Shown piece by piece: positions 60,665-64,000 of a stretch of DNA of 64,000 nucleotides. The DNA comes from Leucoraja ocellata. Taxonomy: Eukaryota. The notes under the pieces were generated by a model, which saw only the letters and a program-made list of their open reading frames with translations, searched no databases and was not told the origin of the DNA. Within the stretch, counting starts at the first letter, position 1. Each line of letters starts with the position of its first letter. The stretch spans positions 6,820,001 through 6,884,000 of the forward strand of contig JAWMAR010000065.1 of assembly GCA_036785375.1 (NCBI GenBank), given 5' to 3'. Made by a program: the position numbers and the translations under genes.

Positions 60665-63268
60665 AGGAAACAGGCCCTTTGGCCCAACTTGCTCGCGCCA
60701 TCTGCACTAGTCACAACTGCCTGTGTATGGCCCATATCCCTCTGCCCTTTCCTATCCTTGTACCTGTCCAAATGTTTTTTAAACATTGCGATAGTACCTG
60801 CCTCAACTACCTCTTCCGACAGCTAATTCCAAAAAACCGACCACCCATTATGTAAAAAAATTGCCCCTTAGGTTAAATTTTTCCCCCTCACCTTAAATAT
60901 ATGTCCTCTGGTTTTTGATTTCCCTATTCTGGGTAAAAGCCTTAGTGCATTACCAGTACTTTATCTTTTCCTCTAGATCTTATATATCTTTAACATAGCA
61001 AAGAAGAACAGGAAGCCAGAGGATTGGGAAACATTTAAAGAGCAACAAAAGATAACTAAAAAGGCAACATGGGGAGAAAAGATGAGATACGCAAAGGTAA
61101 GCTAGCCAAGAATATAAAGGAGGATAATAAAAGCTTATTTAGGTATGTTAAGAGGAAAAAAATAGCTAAGACAAATGTGGGCCCCTTGACGACAGGAACA
61201 GGTGAATATATTATAGGGAACAAGGAAATGGCAGACGAGTTGAACAGGTACTTGGATCTGTCTTCACTAAGGAAGACAAACAATCTCCCAGATGTACTAG
61301 TGGCCAGAGGACCTAGAGTGATAGAGGAACTGAAGGAAATTCACATTAGGCAGAAAATGGTGTTGGGGAGACTGATGGGACTGAAGGCTGATAAATCTCC
61401 AGGGGCTGATGGTCGGCATCCCAGGGTACTTCAGGAAGTGGCTCTAGAAATTGTGGACACGTTAGTGATAATTTTCCAATGTTCTATAGATTCAGGATCA
61501 GTTCCTGTGGGTTAGAGGGTAGGTAATGTTATCCCACTTTTTAAGAAAGGAGGGAGAGAGAAAACAGGAAATTATAGACCAGTTAGCCTGATATCGGTGG
61601 TTGGGAAGATGCTGGAGTCAATTATAAAAGATGAAATAGCGGCACATTTGGATAACAGTAACAGAATCGGTCCGAGTCAGCATGGATTTACGAAGGGGAA
61701 ATCACGCTTGACTAATCTTCTGGAATTTTTTGAGGATGTAACTAGGAAAATGGACAAGGGAGAGCCAGTGGATGTAGTGTACCTGGACTTTCAGAAAGCC
61801 TTTGATAAGGTCCCACATAGGAGATTAATGGGCAAAGTTAGAGCACATGGTATTTGGGGTAGGGTACTGTCATGGATAGAAAATTGGTTGGCAGACAGGA
61901 AACGAAGAGTAGGGATTAACGGGTCCCTTTCAGAATGGCAAGCAGTGACTAGTGGGGTACCACAAGTCTCGGTGCTGAGACCGCAGCTATTTACAATATA
62001 CAATAATGATGTAGATGAAGGGATTAAGAGTGGCATTAGCAAATTTGCAGATGACACAAAGCTGGGTAGCTGTGTGAACTGTGAGGAGGATGCTATGAGA
62101 ATGTTGGATGATTTGGACACGTTGGGTGGGTGGGCAGATACATGGCAGATGCACTTTAATGTGGATAAATGTGAGGTTTTCCACTTTGGTGGCAAGAACA
62201 GGAAGGCAGATTATTATCTGAATGGTGTCAGGTTAGGAAAAGGGGAAGTGCAACGAGATCTGGGTGTCCTTGTTCATCAGTCACTGGAAGTAAGCATGCA
62301 GGTACAGCAGGGAGTGTAGAAAGCTAATGGCATGTTGGTCTTCATAACATGAGGAGTTGAGCATAGGAGCAAATAGGTCCTTCTGCAGTTGTACAGGGCC
62401 CTAGTGAGACCACGCCTGGAGTATTGTGTGCAGTTTTGGTCTCCAAATTTGAGGAAGGACATTCTTTCTATTGAGGGAGTGCAGTGTAGGTTCACGAGGT
62501 TAATTCCCGGGATGGCGGGACTGTCAAATGTTGAAAGAATGGAGCCACTGGGCTTGTATATGCTGGAATTTAGAAGGATGAGAGGATATCTTATTGAAAC
62601 ATATAAGATTATTAAGGGATTGGACACGCTAGAGGCAGGAAACACGTTCCCAATGTCGGTAGAGTCCAGAACCAGGGGCCACAGTTTAAGAATAAGGGGT
62701 TGGCCATTTAGAACGGAGATGAAGAAAAACTTTTTCACACAGTCGTGAATCTGTGGAATTCTCTGCCTCAGAAGGCAGTGGAGGCCAATTCTCTGGATGC
62801 TTTCAAGAGAGAGTTAGATAGAGCTCTTAAAGATAGTGGGATCAATGGATATGGGGAGAAGGCAGGAATGGGGTACTGATTGTGGATGATCAGCTATGAT
62901 CACAGTAAATCTGGCTCGAAGTGCCAAACAGCCTACGCCTGCACCTATTGTCTATTATCTTAATAAGATCACACCTCATCTTCGTGCTCCAAGAAATATA
63001 GTCCTAGCCTGCTCAACCTCTCCCTATAGTTCAGGCCCTGAGTCCTGGTAACATCCTCGCAAATCTTCTCTGCACTGTTTCCAGCTTATCAATATATTTC
63101 CTATATCAGGGTGATCAAGACAGTACTCCAAACTTGGCCTCATCGATGTCATGTACAACTATAACATGACCTCCCAACTTCTATACTCAACACTCTGACT
63201 GATGATGACCAATGTGCCAAAAGCCTTCTTGACCATCCTATCTACCCGAGGCGTCACTTTCAAGGAAA
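60665..63268 (-). mobile_element. CR1/HER1-like element (60665-60990 and 62960-63268) split by an antisense CR1
   Basis: Minus-strand CR1 text resumes at aataagatcacacctcatc after the insertion. Confidence 0.8.
60993..62958 (+). mobile_element. CR1 LINE, 5'-truncated decayed RT
   Basis: [46 protein letters not shown]; tail ctattgtctatt. Confidence 0.96.
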
Positions 63269-64000
63269 GTTTAATTTTATAATCACATTATTTCTTCCAA
63301 GGTCCTTTTGGCATTGACATGACACAAAAGATTTTCAATTGCAAAAAAGAGCAGGTCAAACAAAAGTCAAAAATGTAATTGGCCTCACCCTTCCCACTCG
63401 ATCTCAATGCACATGTGAGCGAGAATGCCCATCAACTGCTCCACCATTTAGTAAGATCATGGTTGAACTTCCACACTGTCCCACTTCAGCCCCATATCCA
63501 TTATCCCCTTCATGCCCAAGCCTTCAATACTGATCCCAGCCTTAAATATACTCAACAACCAAGTTTCCATTGACTCTGCAAAATTGTAAATACTTATTTT
63601 TTAAATTTAAGTTCTTAAATTTAAGTTCTTCCCTTCATCTCAGTTCAACAGTCTAACTTTTATCCCAAGATTATGATCTCCGCTATTCTTCAGGCAGCTG
63701 AGCCAAATTCTTGGCATCCATACTTCCATTATGTTTAAGGAAATGTTCTCTTATTCCTCTAACTCCAGAAGACTCCATGGATAATTGAGACTAGCTTGAA
63801 TGGAACATCTTGGTCGGCATGGATGAGTTGGGCCGAAGTACCTATGTCCTGGTTGCATGACTCTGTGACTTTATGACACAGTGCCATTCTGTTCATTCTC
63901 TTCTCATAGAAAACCCCCGTGCAAAGAATCAATCGAATGAGTTGCGTCCGCTCCTTCCTTCCACAGAGAGGAAGATCACACAGCGATTAATGCAGTTTTC

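Overview
Repeat-dense, non-coding vertebrate DNA, most likely a cartilaginous fish such as a skate or ray. This assignment is inferred from the CR1/HER1-type LINEs and HE1/V-SINE-like SINEs. No recognisable host gene is present; the long ORFs are decayed retroelement or transposon proteins. Retroelements: many CR1 LINE fragments (largest 1360-4140 and 60993-62958), Rex1/Babar and RTE LINE remnants, about 10 tRNA-derived V-SINEs, Penelope-derived fold-back elements with minimal hammerhead-ribozyme cores, and an internally deleted Gypsy element whose primer-binding site extends into a ~49-nt copy of the tRNA-Leu 3' half. DNA elements: a decayed Academ-like (XPG + Cys-rich) transposon, two non-autonomous Helitrons, a composite 'Pack'-like TIR element with a 6-bp TSD (two copies), a P/hAT-like MITE with a 33-bp minimal derivative, and a Harbinger-like MITE. 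There are also two weak candidate exon signals. All family names come from motif recognition, not database searches, and many boundaries are approximate.
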